Shown: positions 33,347 to 45,600 of the stretch, in pieces | How the letters are laid out: each line of letters opens with the position of its first letter | How positions within the stretch are numbered: position 1 is the stretch's first letter | The notes under the pieces: generated by a model | Seen by the model: the letters and a program-made list of their open reading frames with translations, nothing else | What the model was told of the DNA's origin: nothing | The model's database searches: none | Assembly (NCBI GenBank): GCA_963720565.1 | Contig: CAVRFW010000002.1 | Span: forward strand, 52,011 to 116,010 | Length of the DNA stretch: 64,000 bases | Direction: 5' to 3' | Origin: Candidatus Bathyarchaeota archaeon | GTDB taxonomy: Archaea; Thermoproteota; Bathyarchaeia; Bathyarchaeales; Bathycorpusculaceae | Made by a program: the position numbers and the translations under genes

Positions 33347-33905
33347 TCATAAAAGCAAATGTTCAAGGAGAATCTTTATTCCAATAGCGATTAGGATTAT
33401 TCCACCTATTGCCTTTATTTTGTTTCCAAAATATTCTCCGATGATGTTACCAAACAAAAATCCCCCGTAAGAGAGAGAAAAGGTTACAATTCCAATAACA
33501 ACAATAGGAACAAGAATAGCTGTTTGTAGAAATGCGAAACTCAAACCAACCATCAAGGCGTCAATACTAGTCGCAATGGATAATGTGAGCAAAGCACGCA
33601 AACCGAGTTTGCTTTCTCCATGCTGTTCGTCCTTTCCAACAGAATCATGAATCATCTTTGCACCAATAAAAACCAACAGGGCAAAAGCTATCCAGTGATC
33701 AATCCACTGGATCAGCTCTTCCAGCCCAAGACCTGCAAACCATCCAATCACGGGCATAATCATTTGAAAAGAGCCGAAGAACGAGGCAACAACAAGAGCA
33801 TTTTTCCGCTTATGACCTTCAACCAGATATCCCTCTTGCTATCGAAACCGCAAAAGCATCCATCGCCAAACCAACTGCAATTAGCGTAACAGTCAGGATA
33901 TCCAT
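33347..33905 (-). CDS. mntP: Manganese efflux pump MntP family (frameshifted near 5' end)
   Basis: IAVGLAMDAFAVS; FQMIMPVIG; DHWIAF; ATSIDAL. Confidence 0.88.
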
Positions 33906-34180
33906 TCAAATCACGAATCTATTCATTTTTCGGTAGGAAACGATATTGAGCATATAGGCTTTTTGATATAAGCTAATAGTTCTGGTCAAGGTTCTCTTTG
34001 AAAAAAGCAGTCTCGGCATAGTTCTTCTCAATCTGCTTTCCTGAATAAACCATACAATTCTCATTGAGAAAATGAAAACAAGCTGAACGTCTACAAGCAA
34101 TCTCATTGTAGTTTAGTTAGATGAAGATTTGGCAGAACAAAAGAAAAATGGGGAGTCTGCTTTGTTGAAATCTGTGTGCT

Positions 34181-34654
34181 CTACGCTGTGGCAGTAGTAA
34201 CAGGAGCAAAAGGCTGTTTCCCTTGAACAACTGTTGTGCCTGCCATGCGGTCGGTGTATTTCTGTCTTCTGTCAGCTCCAGGTGTAACTACGCCGATTAG
34301 CCAGTCGAGAAATAGGAAAAGCGGATAAATCTTGCTGATGTTGCGGAGAAATGCTTTTCCAAAATCAACTTTACCTCCATTTGCCATCTGAACTTGCAAG
34401 CCTAAGACTCTTTTGCCTATTGTAGCACCCCAGTAGACGTCAAGGATAGCAAAGTAAAGCACTTCAATTAGTCCTAGAAGGAATGGGAACAATAGCCAAG
34501 ATCCATATCCAATTAGCCACAATGAGCCAGCAAAGAGGAGCGAAAAGAATATCAGGTATACTGGAATGGCGATTATTATGCTGTCAATAATTAGCGCAAT
34601 CAACCTGTAGAGCCAGTGATTCACGTCAATCTGCAAACCGTTTTCTGTTGTCAT
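34181..34654 (-). CDS. RDD family membrane protein
   Basis: RLIALIID; GATIGKRVLGL; QKYTDRMAGT. Confidence 0.88.
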   Translation of the reverse strand: MTTENGLQIDVNHWLYRLIALIIDSIIIAIPVYLIFFSLLFAGSLWLIGYGSWLLFPFLLGLIEVLYFAILDVYWGATIGKRVLGLQVQMANGGKVDFGKAFLRNISKIYPLFLFLDWLIGVVTPGADRRQKYTDRMAGTTVVQGKQPFAPVTTATA

Positions 34655-34944
34655 TTTTTCACTCGCAGTTCATTTTGTAGTAAGGGACTATTATGCTTTG
34701 CCAAGGAGAGGACTCACCATAGGCATAGCATGGACAAATGAGACCTAAACCTAATTAGGATTCGAAAACAGAGGTTGAATTGCATGCTCAAAACCAGCGA
34801 GCTTCACAGCCAAACAAAACGTTTTGTTTCCCAGAAAAATCGTAACTAGAGTAGCCCTATGAAGTGGCTATCTGCGTTTCTGATTGGCAAAAGAATAAAT
34901 CCAAAAAAACACTTAACAATAACTGGGATGGTAAGTTTATGTGT

Positions 34945-35139
34945 ATGGGAAAAGTGGTTGTCCGCTGCCCGAAGTGCGCAAAACCGCTGCAGGTTACCAG
35001 ACCAGACAGTTCCCACCCGTTTTGGTCCCGAGATAAACCCAAAGAAGACGAAGGAATAGCCAACGTGATTGTACAGGATCTCGAATGCAATAACACAGAA
35101 TGCTCTACGAAATTCTCAGTATATTGGTACGACAAATAA
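34945..35139 (+). CDS. Small zinc-ribbon protein
   Basis: RCPKC...ECNNTEC...VYWY. Confidence 0.65.
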   Translation: MGKVVVRCPKCAKPLQVTRPDSSHPFWSRDKPKEDEGIANVIVQDLECNNTECSTKFSVYWYDK

Positions 35140-35286
35140 AATAAGAAGCTTAACCAAACCCTCTTTTTTGTTATTTGCCCAAGTCAAGTTCAAAATATCG
35201 CTACCAAAAACAAAAGCCAAATTCAAGCATTTGCCGTAAACAAACCTATCTTCGTATCCTCTTGAAGTAAATGAGAACAACAAAAG

Positions 35287-35361
35287 TGGACCGAGCGGGA
35301 TTTGAACCCGCGGCTTCCGCCTTGCGAAGGCGGCGATCATACCAGACTGATCTACCGGCCC
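35287..35361 (-). tRNA. tRNA-Ala(CGC), no intron, CCA not encoded
   Basis: Acceptor GGGCCGG/TCGGTCC with G3:U70; anticodon arm CCGCC-TTCGCAA-GGCGG; GGTTCAAATCC. Confidence 0.97.
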
Positions 35362-35643
35362 GTCGATTCACGTTTTTAAAAGAGAATACGCATTCAATAT
35401 AAAAGAATAATGCTGCATTACACACGGTATTTTCGGTATCAAGAAGTCTCCAGCATCATGAAAATATTCTTAAGTGATTTCTATTTTGAATTGAAATATC
35501 CAGCTAGCAGGTCCAACATTCACAGGAAACAAACCGGACAAGCTTCAGAGAACTAATAGCAAACGACGGCGACTTCGGTTGCAGCAGATAAGAAAATATA
35601 GTCTGGCAACAAATATACTGTAGCTCTTTGTTGCTTATGGATT

Positions 35644-35919
35644 GTGGTAGATTTGACTAAGACTGTTGTTCTTCCAGAAACTGTTTATAATGATTTGACA
35701 ACTATCCAAGAAGAAATGGCCTCCTTAACAAGAAAACCTTTTTCCACTGGAATGACCGTTTCCCTGCTTATTGCTGTTTACAGAGCCCACATGAGTGAAC
35801 CATGTGCACGAGATGCTTTCAGACAAAGACTGGCCAACGCGGAATTCATGTCGCCCGAGGATTTCGAGAAAGCATGGGATAGTCCACCTTCAAAGGCGAA
35901 AAAACATAGACTTGCGTAA
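35644..35919 (+). CDS. Hypothetical small protein (possible RHH-like N-terminus)
   Basis: KTVVLPETVYNDL beta-alpha pattern. Confidence 0.55.
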   Translation: MVDLTKTVVLPETVYNDLTTIQEEMASLTRKPFSTGMTVSLLIAVYRAHMSEPCARDAFRQRLANAEFMSPEDFEKAWDSPPSKAKKHRLA

Positions 35920-36006
35920 TCACGAATCATCAAGGATCGAAGAATCACCAAGATTAGTCTTCTCATTCAGGTTATGTCTAACAATATTCAGCGCAAATTC
36001 TCGGGT

Positions 36007-36411
36007 TTACCAGAACCCGCCTTTAGAAGTGACTTTAACGTTTGCCTGTAGTCCCCCAAGCCCCAATGCTCCAAAGGTGAAGTTGTAGCTTCCGCTTGGC
36101 AAAGTTATCCAATCACTAGTGTAAACTGTCTGGTCCCCTTGCGCTTTGGCATGCTCCCAAATTTTGGTTCCGTTAACGTCAGTTATGCTGGCGCTCCAAA
36201 GAGCAGAACCGCTACTTATGACAACCTCAACTTGAGTTTTATCATGCAAAATTGGCAATTCAAACTCTTTCTGTTCTTCTTCTGCACCTATCGAAAAAGA
36301 AACCTCCAGTTCTGCGAGATTTCTCGGAAAAGTAAGCGCTGAATACAACCCTGCAATTAATATGATGGCCACAAAAGCGAAAAGCACAATTTTTTTCGTT
36401 GTGTAAATCAC
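36007..36411 (-). CDS. Membrane-anchored beta-rich hypothetical protein
   Basis: N-terminal TM; WITLPSGSYNFTF. Confidence 0.65.
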   Translation of the reverse strand: MIYTTKKIVLFAFVAIILIAGLYSALTFPRNLAELEVSFSIGAEEEQKEFELPILHDKTQVEVVISSGSALWSASITDVNGTKIWEHAKAQGDQTVYTSDWITLPSGSYNFTFGALGLGGLQANVKVTSKGGFW

Positions 36412-36623
36412 GTCATTCTCTCCATTTTGATTTAGATCGAGTTACTAAACGCGCCTGAAGGATTTATGGTTAGCGTCATTGGACAACTGTAAAACTGGGT
36501 AGGATTTAGTAATAGCCTAGTTTGCAGAGCGCTTGAAGTATGCGAGACTGCGCTAAAGCGCGCTATGATCTCAATCACATTTGGAGGAATCTTTCAAGAG
36601 TAATGCCAGTTTCCAGTCTTTCA

Positions 36624-37031
36624 TCAATGAACAGCGTCTCTTGCATAGAACATGAACATAGAATTCTGTAAGAATTTGAAATCTCTTATGCGAACCAAGT
36701 GGCTTATGCAATTGCAGTCGGAGGAGCCGAAGCCTTCAATCGCTTCTCCTTCTCCCTTCAGCATCCTAGCAATGGTACACTCCTCGGTTCTATCTGCTTC
36801 TTTTGCAAACACTTTCAGTATTTCTGCAGCACCACTATCCAGCAAGTAGTCAATGTGCCAAAAGAGCGGTTTCTTCTTCTTGAGGTGACGTTTTATTCGC
36901 CGCTCAAGATTAGACTGTGCTGACCCAACATAAGCGTATAATCCACGCGTAAAACTAATCTCGCCCAAAGCGCCCACAGTCACCAATGTATCCTTCTTGA
37001 CGTTGATTATCAGCACATAGACACCCTTCAA
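36624..37031 (-). CDS. GIY-YIG (DUF123/Uri) endonuclease
   Basis: GVYVL...YAYVGSA...RIKRH...WHIDYLL...GFGSSDCNC.SHL. Confidence 0.9.
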   Translation of the reverse strand: MKGVYVLIINVKKDTLVTVGALGEISFTRGLYAYVGSAQSNLERRIKRHLKKKKPLFWHIDYLLDSGAAEILKVFAKEADRTEECTIARMLKGEGEAIEGFGSSDCNCISHLVRIRDFKFLQNSMFMFYARDAVH

Positions 37032-37223
37032 CGTTCAAGTTCTCCGTCAGCAAAAGCTTGATTCAAGTAAGACTTGTATAACTTTCATCATTCTTCAAAC
37101 GCCAACAATATCTCTTTATTTCGGACAATATTTGTTGTATCTTAGCTACAATAAACGTTTCAGGTGTTCTTGAGACTATCAGAGAATCAATTCATTTTCT
37201 CAATAGCAAATGATTGCCATATC

Positions 37224-39306
37224 TCAACCCTTTCGCGGAAGATCAAGGAGGTCTAACATCTTTACAGCGTTGTTTGTTGGAGGCATGCAGGTTTGACCAC
37301 GACACACGTATGCAGTTGCTTTGTCGCCAATTTTCTCGTAACCCAAACCGGGAGAACTGGGTTTTCTAATAGAAACTGTTAGATGAGGTATGTAATGTAG
37401 CCGTAATGCCTCAATCATCGACAGCGTGCTGCTTTCTTGGACCTCACCCACCAGGACAACATTGTATGCTGGACCCAAGGCAAACTCCAAACCTACAAGC
37501 ATAAATGTGTGTGCTGCCGGAGCTCGAGCTATTTCACCGGAGAAGGACTTGAGCATTCTAATAGCCTTCTCACCAAATGATGCATCGCCAGTTAAACGTT
37601 CCAAGCGCAACAAATCCAGAAGAGCCACTGAATTACCTGAAGGCAGGGCGCCATCATGCAATTCTTTCCTCCTTAGCACAGCATCCTTTGCGTTCTTCGC
37701 GGTGAAGTAGAAGCCACCGTCCTTTTCATCCCAAAACCGTGCAATCATCTGCATTGGACAGCTCAATTGCTGTCAGCAAAATCTTATCATCGAAAGAAGC
37801 TTCATAAACTTCGATAAGGCCCCACACCAAAAACGCGTAATCATCCAAGAAGCCCTCTATCTCGCTATTGCCCTGAGCATAACGATGCAGCAGCATCCCG
37901 CGTTTGTCCCTCATCTTGTTTAGAACAAAATCCGAGGCTTTGACAGCAGTCTGCAAATACTTTTGTTCAGCGAAGACCCGACTGGCTTTCGCCATCGCAG
38001 CAATCATTAAGCCGTTCCAGTCAGCAAGAACCTTGTCGTCCTTCAATGGATGAACCCGCTTCTTTCTAGCTTCGAAAAGTCTTGTGCATATTCTACCTAA
38101 ACTATGAATGGTTTCATCAACTGTTAGTTGTGATTCTCGGGCGACCTGCTCTAACGATTTTTCCCAGTGTAAAATGTTTAAACCTGTTCGCTTCTTGCCA
38201 GGTTCAACATAGTTTCCTTCAGACCGAATGCTAAAAAGCCTAACCGCCAAATCAGCGTCTTCAGGCAACAAGGAGTTCCGGACCTCTTCCTCTGTCCACA
38301 GGTAGAACTTGCCCTCTTCACCCTCAGAATCCGCATCTTCAGCCGAGTAGAAGCCGCCTTCAGAAGAAGTCATATCTCTCATTACGTACTCCAAAACCTC
38401 TTTTACCGTAACCTTAAACTTCAAAGCGCCTGTTGCCCAGTACGCTTCAACATAAGCCAAAGCTAACATCGCTTGATCATAAAGCATCTTTTCGAAGTGA
38501 GGGACACGCCATTCTGCGTCCGTGGAGTACCTGTGAAAGCCGAAGCCCACCTGATCAAAAATGCCTCCCAACCGCATTGCGCGTAAAGTCTTCTCCGCCA
38601 TTGTTAATGCCGTTTTCTCCTTTGTTCTGTTCCAATATCTCATGAGGAAAATCAAGTTATGAGGCGATGGAAACTTGGGAGCCTGACCGAATCCGCCGTT
38701 CTCTTTATCAAAGTTTTGAGAAAGCCATTCGTATGCATTGTCCAGAACCTGCTTGTCCAAATCCCCTTGGGAAGAATGATCGCCCATAGTTTCGAGGCTT
38801 CGCATTATGCTCCTGCCGAAGTTTTCCAAATCCTCTCGACGCGTTTTCCAAACTTGTTCAATCTGAGGGATAAGATCTAACATTCCAATCAAGCCAAACT
38901 TGCTGTTTTTGGGGACATAACTCACAGTGAGAAACGGGTTTTTGTCTGGCGTCATCACTATGTTGAGAGGCCACCCGCAACTTCGACCTATCCGCTGGCA
39001 GACAGCCATGTAAGCACCATCCAAGTCTGGGCGTTCTTCTCTGTCAACCTTCACGCAAACAAACGACTGGTTCATCAAATTCGCCACTTCTTCGTCATTG
39101 AAGCACTCTTTCTCCATAACGTGACACCAGTGGCAGGTCGAATAGCCTATGGATACGAAAACTGGTTTGTCTTCTTTCTTAGCCAGCTCGAACGCCTCGT
39201 CACTCCATGGATACCAGTCTACAGGATTGTGCGCATGTTGAAGCAAATATGGACTCTTCTCATGTATCAGCCTGTTTGCTCTCGGTCTGTTGACTTCATT
39301 ATCCAT
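37224..39306 (-). CDS. Thioredoxin-domain protein YyaL/SSP411 (SPATA20) family (frameshift ~37757)
   Basis: [47 protein letters not shown]. Confidence 0.93.
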
Positions 39307-39374
39307 AAAAAATCAGCACTCTAAGATACCTAAATCGTTGCTGTTTTATTAAGCGTACTACCCACAGCTCTTCT

Positions 39375-39818
39375 CTAGTATTTCACGCTCAGATAAAGCA
39401 GAACGGTCAATGCCAAGAACTCAAAGAGATCCGGCAACAGGGCAAATGGCCCCAGACCAAACGCCATGAAACCGAACATCGACATGAACAATGGATTGGC
39501 GGTTAATGTTCTCAAGAGGAAGACCAAGGAAAAAAGAATCAAGCCCAAAGTGAACTGTGACTTGGTTTTCCTGTATATGTCGACGTAAGTAGTAAGAAGG
39601 TAGCACAAGAGAGCCACATTAACCGTGGAAAGTACCGTTTGCGCTATATAGAAAAACTCGAAATCGAAACGAACTCCCTCCGGAGGTTGGGGACGTTGAG
39701 GGAATAATGAGGATGGAAACACGGAAGAAGCCCAAAAAGCCGCTAAAATCGCTATCGCTGCCAACGTTGAGATTACTACCAACCAAATCTTGATGTTCCT
39801 ATTCATACGAGGTTCCAT
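39375..39818 (-). CDS. 4-TM membrane protein co-transcribed with the wHTH regulator
   Basis: YVDIYRKTKSQFTLGL; four hydrophobic helices. Confidence 0.75.
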   Translation of the reverse strand: MEPRMNRNIKIWLVVISTLAAIAILAAFWASSVFPSSLFPQRPQPPEGVRFDFEFFYIAQTVLSTVNVALLCYLLTTYVDIYRKTKSQFTLGLILFSLVFLLRTLTANPLFMSMFGFMAFGLGPFALLPDLFEFLALTVLLYLSVKY

Positions 39819-39835
39819 TGTTTTCTCTCCTTTTT

Positions 39836-40138
39836 CTACTTTTTCCATAATTTGTTCAGAATCTCCTCAAACAACGCGTAGTTCTCCTCCATCATCTGAG
39901 AAAGAAAATATGTGGCACCATATTTGTCGCCAATGGATGAAATTATCCTGTTCTTCTCCAAAACCGTGAGATGATGCCTCACAGTCTTGTAGTCTAACTT
40001 CATTGAAGTTGCAAGCTGGTTTGCATTCTGCGGTGTTTCTTTAAGAATTTCGACAATTCTCGCACGGGTCGGACCACCACGGGTACCAGCAATCAACCAT
40101 CCAAGCAAATGCCTCAGCGAACGGGTATTTGCAGACAT
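39836..40138 (-). CDS. ArsR-like wHTH regulator (GTRGG family)
   Basis: WLIAGTRGGPTR...NANQLA..LDYKTVRHHLTVLEKN...YGATYF. Confidence 0.88.
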   Translation of the reverse strand: MSANTRSLRHLLGWLIAGTRGGPTRARIVEILKETPQNANQLATSMKLDYKTVRHHLTVLEKNRIISSIGDKYGATYFLSQMMEENYALFEEILNKLWKK

Positions 40139-40333
40139 TCAGCCTTCTCCGTGCATATCGAGATTCCTTGAAAGTTTACTGTTAATAGCATTATAAACAT
40201 GTCTCCCGAACCTCGACCTACATCTAAAATCAACTAAATCAACAGAGAAGGACCACTGGTTCTCATTCGACAGTGTTTCAGCGACTAAAACTTGAAAATG
40301 TTTTCGCGACACCATCCATTTTAGCTTGCATAT

Positions 40334-40368
40334 CAAATTTGGGAGAAAATTGGGTATATTCTTTTAAA
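40334..40368 (+). promoter_or_regulatory. Candidate operator (AAATTTGGG/AAAATTGGG direct repeat) plus TATA box of htrA
   Basis: 11-bp-phased repeat immediately upstream of TTTTAAA 40362-40368. Confidence 0.4.
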
Positions 40369-40537
40369 CTATTAATGAACATTTTCTGATGTTTGGAAAG
40401 CAAATCGCTGAAGAGAGGAGACCTAGATCAATGGGCAAATATAGTGACACCAATCTAGCTGCAAGAAACAGCGGGGATATAAGCATACGCGACGAAGTTT
40501 GTTCGTCATTCAAAAAAACTTGAGAAGAGATGGCAAC

Positions 40538-41767
40538 ATGGAAACTAACCAAATTCCTAAGAAAACACACTCATCAACTATTTTCGTGACTATTGCCATT
40601 GTGCTCAGCCTAATAGGCGGAAGTCTCATAGGATATTCTGTAGGTAACCTACTTGTTTCACAAAACATCGACAGCTTGAAACAGGAAGTATTAGCTCTTC
40701 AAGAACAGGTTTCAACTCTCCAATCAGCGCTGGATTCCAACGAATCAAACGGAACTTACATTGTAGGCGACAGCGCTTCACTTGCCCAACTTTACACTCA
40801 AATCAAAGACTCCGTCGTTGTGATTCGCGGGTTGACAATTTCCTATGATATGTTCCATCGAGCATACTATTCTCAAGTGCAGGGTTCAGGTTTCGTATAC
40901 AACTACGAGGGGCAGATGGTGGTCATAACCAACAATCACGTGGTGGAAGACACAACTAACATAACTGTAACATTCACAAACGGAAATGGTTATGCGGCTG
41001 AAGTGCTCGGATCTGATCCATACGCAGATTTAGCAGTGCTTTCAACAAGTGCTCCAGAAAGCGAGTTCAGCCCCCTTGAAATGGTAAGTTCGTCAACTCT
41101 AAAGGTCGGTGACCCGTTAATTGCCGTAGGGAGCCCCTATGGATTAACTGGTTCGATGACCACAGGCATAGTAAGCGCGCTGGGGAGAACGATAACTGAG
41201 GATCTATCCGGTGGTTACCCTATCGCGAACGTCATACAAACCAGCGCACCAATAAACTCAGGCAACTCTGGAGGTCCACTCGTTAACTATCAGGGTCAAG
41301 TTGTGGGAATAACGACTGCAATAGTGAGCGACTCTCAAGGGCTGGGGTTTGCAATTCCGTCCAGCACTGTGTTGAGGGAAATAGGCTCTCTAATTCTAGA
41401 CGGGTCATACAACAAGCATTCCACAATAGGTGCATCGGGAATAGACATGACTTACGAAATTGCACAGGCAATGGACTTAGATGTTACTTATGGTTGGCTG
41501 ATCGTGGAAGTTGCTAACGGCGGACCTGCCGCCAACGCTGGACTGAAAGAGGGAACTGAACAAGTCGTAGCCGGAGGACAGAACGTGGTGATAGGTGGAG
41601 ACGTGATTATCGAGATTGATGATATTCGAATTAGAAATCTGGATGACATGTCAAGTTATCTAGAAGAAAATACACTGCCTGGTCAGACAATTGAAGTGGT
41701 GGTAGTCAGAGGCAATCAAGTCCTAACTAACTCACTAACACTCGGAAACCGACCGCTTCTTGACTAA
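40538..41767 (+). CDS. htrA: HtrA/DegP-like serine protease with PDZ domain, N-terminal TM and coiled coil
   Basis: TNNHVV, DLAVL, GNSGG triad; PDZ GDVII. Confidence 0.92.
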   Translation: METNQIPKKTHSSTIFVTIAIVLSLIGGSLIGYSVGNLLVSQNIDSLKQEVLALQEQVSTLQSALDSNESNGTYIVGDSASLAQLYTQIKDSVVVIRGLTISYDMFHRAYYSQVQGSGFVYNYEGQMVVITNNHVVEDTTNITVTFTNGNGYAAEVLGSDPYADLAVLSTSAPESEFSPLEMVSSSTLKVGDPLIAVGSPYGLTGSMTTGIVSALGRTITEDLSGGYPIANVIQTSAPINSGNSGGPLVNYQGQVVGITTAIVSDSQGLGFAIPSSTVLREIGSLILDGSYNKHSTIGASGIDMTYEIAQAMDLDVTYGWLIVEVANGGPAANAGLKEGTEQVVAGGQNVVIGGDVIIEIDDIRIRNLDDMSSYLEENTLPGQTIEVVVVRGNQVLTNSLTLGNRPLLD

Positions 41768-41812
41768 GCACATGCTAGTAAATTCCCTGGAAACTACTTA
41801 GCGAATATGCCA

Positions 41813-42091
41813 CTATGCAGGCTCGAGAATTACATCTAGAACATAACGGGCGTATTCGTCTTCTGTGAGCAGGAGTCGTTGAAGCTTGGGGATGGTTATG
41901 CGTCCGTCTTTGCCCATTTTAGCGTAGAAGCTCTGCCACCCGCCAGTGTAGGTGTTGACGGCGTTCACGGTGACGTTTAGAAGCTGTTCTGTGTCCATTT
42001 TGAATCGCCAGCGGACTTTTTTGGGGATTTGGATGCGGTTTCCCTTCTGCAACACGGTCTTGAACTTGACTTTCTCGGATAGCGGCAACAC
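41813..42091 (-). CDS. AbrB/MazE-like swapped-hairpin protein (duplicated motif)
   Basis: LQKGNRIQIPK and MGKDGRITIPK. Confidence 0.75.
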   Translation of the reverse strand: MLPLSEKVKFKTVLQKGNRIQIPKKVRWRFKMDTEQLLNVTVNAVNTYTGGWQSFYAKMGKDGRITIPKLQRLLLTEDEYARYVLDVILEPA

Positions 42092-42650
42092 CCATAACCT
42101 CTGACAAACACAGACGCGAGGTGTCGTCTTGTGACATTTGCAGACGCAATCTGCAAGATAATTAAGCGTTGTTTAAAGAAACCAGCCCAAAACAGCTTGT
42201 TCCACGACTGCAAAATGCAAGGACAACTACAACTAATAAGAAATAGCCACACGGGCCTGGCTGGAACATGCTTTTGTGGGTTCAGAATGCAAAGTTGTCT
42301 GGTTCTTCCGTTCTTTTGCGTGTGCTTGCGCTCATACCCCCTTGGAAGCATTATGATTGACAGCAAAACAAGCTCTAACCACTATGCCGTCGCTTTGACA
42401 AACGCGAACCTTTCTGATTTCAGGTCAGCAATCATATTAACTAAAGTGTGTGCTATTATCCGCCGAATGAACCATGTTCAACTCTGTCATGCGTCTTTCT
42501 ATGACATTCCTCGTGTTCCTGCTTTACATTGCCAAAACAGGTCAAGTGCTTCTGCAAGTCGGTTTGGGTGAGAAACACGCAGGGGCAAAATGGACATTTG
42601 AGGCCTTACCTAATTTCTTTCTCTTCAGCCAAAACTGCACCGTCGAGTAC

Positions 42651-45600
42651 TTAGTGGATGCTTATGTAAATTCTTTTTCCATCAAGTTCTGACTCGTGCC
42701 AATCAGCTTTAACTGTCGCGCGATCGTCATGCAAATACACCTTCTTGGTACGAACAAGCCCAGCCATCTCATTCAAGTAAGACTCTGTGAGATCTCGACT
42801 TTCAGCATCAAGCTCGGCTATGTGAACCCCATCAAGCACTTCGGTCGGCACGAAACCCAGCTCTTTCCTCAATGCTTGAACACGACGAGCTAAATCCCGC
42901 ATTATTCCTTGACCAAGCAACGTTTCGTCGCGTTGCCGGTTTACAAACACGAACACGTCGTCGTCTTTGGCTGATACCCAGTTCTCGCCCCCTACATAGT
43001 CAGGCACCTTTCCAGCGTATTCAACTGCCTTGACGTTGGTTTGCTCCAAAAACAAGGTCTCGGCGTTTCTAATTGCCTCTAGTGTCTTCTCCGGAGCGAC
43101 CACTACGACGTTTGCCAATGGCCATCTGCGTTTAAGCTTAGCCTGTTGCCTAGCGGCGTAAACTAGTGAGACGCATTTGAGCAAGACCTCAAACTGTGCT
43201 TCTAAGTCTTTGTCTCGAAGCTTCTCGTTCGGAACGGGCCAAGACTCCATATTTATTGACTCTGGAAGTTTCGGATCAAGTTCTCTGTAGACTTTTTGGT
43301 GCAACGCCTCGCTGAGAAAAGGGGTGATGGGATTGAACAACAAAGTCATTGTCCGCAACGTGTAATGCAGCAAAGAGTAGATGACATGCCGCCTTTCCAG
43401 AGTATCAGGATCATCAGTCCAGAGCTCTTTCCGAACCATGGGCACATAAAGCCTGCTCAATGTTTCAATCACAAAATTCTCCAGAATGGCAACTGCAGCG
43501 TTGAACTCGCATTGCTCCAGCTTTAGTGTGCACTCCTCTATCTTCTCCTGCAGCACAGAAAGCATCCACCTATCTGCAGGCTGCAACTCAATCAAAGTTC
43601 TGTCTAACAATACTTTGTTTCCCGCGAAACAGTATCTATCGGGAGAAAACTCGTCGAATTCGGCATTTTGAAGGAAAAACCTGCTCAAATGATAGAGCGT
43701 AGAAAGTACCTGGTAGGGTCGACGATTGAGTTCTTGCATATCAAAATTCATGAAATCTATGGGAGAACATTTTCTCATAAGGTAAAATCGGCTAAGATCC
43801 GCCGAACTCTTGTCCAGAAGCTTGTTTGTCTCCAGTACGTTGCCCAAGCTCTTGCTCATCTTTCTGCCTCGGGCATCTTGGGTTAGACCCTGGAACAAGA
43901 AAGCGCGATAAGGACCCTCGTTCTTCCCCGTCAGTATTACATGTTCCAGCAGAAGCGAGTTAGCCCATCCCCTCGTTTGGTCTATACCTTCAGTGAGGAA
44001 GTCTACTGGCACAAAATTCTCGAATTCTCTGTCTGAAAACCGGGCATAAGGTGAAGCGCCGCTGTTATGCCATGTATCCAAAACAAAGTCCTCTCTTAGC
44101 ATCCAACCGCCACATTTTGAGCACCTAAGTTTTATGCGGTCAACCCATGGCTTGTGTAACTCGAAATTTTCAGGCACTGGTTCTGAGGCTTCTTCAACCA
44201 ATTCTTTTTTGCTTGCTACAAGTTTTTTCTCGCCGCATTTTTCGCATTTCCAAACAGGTAATGGTGCCCCCCAGACGCGTTCGCGCGAAATGCACCAGGG
44301 TTTGCCTTCTCTGAGGAAAGATATGAAGCGGTTCTTTGGCTCATCAAAGTAATACTTGATTTTTTCCGCTGCCTCAAGTACTTTGGAGTTTATCTTGTCT
44401 GTTCTCAAGAAATACTCCTTCCTGGCTAGCCACACTAGCTTGTGGTGGGAACGCCAGCATGTAGGATACTCGTGCTTGACTTTTTTGACCTCGACAAAGG
44501 CGTTTCTGTTACGCAGTTCGTCGACAACCATGTAATCCGCGTCTCTGGCGAAAACGCCGCTAAACAAGCCCGCGTCTTGGGTAAACTTTACCTCGTCATC
44601 AAAAGGTGCGAAAACCGGCACTTTTCGTCTCTGAGCAGCCCAAAAATCTTCTTCACCGTTTCCAGGCGAAAGATGAACCACGCCCGTTGCAGTGTTGACA
44701 TCCACGAAGTCTTCACCGATGACAGTGTGCACAAGCGCGTTCATAGCTTCCAGTTCCTGCTGCTTGGGAATCATGTCTTTGAGCGGGTAATCGTAATGTG
44801 TTCCTTCGAGACTTTTTCCAGTCTGGGCTTCAACGATTTCATATTTTGATATGCCCAGTTCCTTCATGACCGGTTCTACGCGCTGGCGAACAATTATCCA
44901 GAATTCCTCGCCAACACGCACCTTTGAATACTCAGCATCAGGCTTAACAGCCAACATCGTGTCCGTGATTATCGTGAAAGGCATAGTCGTCCAGACCAAG
45001 AAATACTCGTTCTCGCTGTCTGCCTTTCTAAATTTGAAGTACAGAGAGGGATCTTCCACTTCCTTATACGAGCCTTCATAGCCCACTTCAGCGCTGCTCA
45101 GTGAAGTCTGGCATCCTGGACAATAAGCAACGACGTAATGTCCTTCTTCAAGCAGATCCTGCTCCCAGGCACGTTTCAGGTATTGCCATTCTCTCTCGAT
45201 GTAATCGTCAAGATACGTCCAGTACGCTTTCTTTTGATTAATGAAAATGCCCAGGCGATTGTCAGCTTCAGCCCATTCACGATAGTAACGCATTATGACT
45301 TTCTTGCACTCCTCGATAAAACGCTCCTGCCCGACGCGCTCCAGAAGCTCCCGCTTGTTTTTCACACCCAGAAGCTTCTCAACTTCAAGCTCCACGGGCA
45401 AACCTTGACAGTCCCAACCCGCCCAGAAAGGCATGTAATAACCCTGCATAGTCTTCCATCGGTAGCGAATGTCCTTCATCACTCGCCCCCGGGCATGACC
45501 GATGTGGGGAATACCGTTCAATGTCGGAGGGCCCTCAACATAGCCTAGCAAACCCTTATTCTCACGTTCCAGGAGCTCCAGTTTGTCGCGAATCTGGTTT

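Noticed and set aside
35270..35300. Integration-site duplication at tRNA-Ala
   Set aside because: No second copy of its 3' end or trailer seen by eye in the window
41977..42692. Several overlapping ORFs between abrB and ileS
   Set aside because: Mutually overlapping, atypical composition, no recognisable domain
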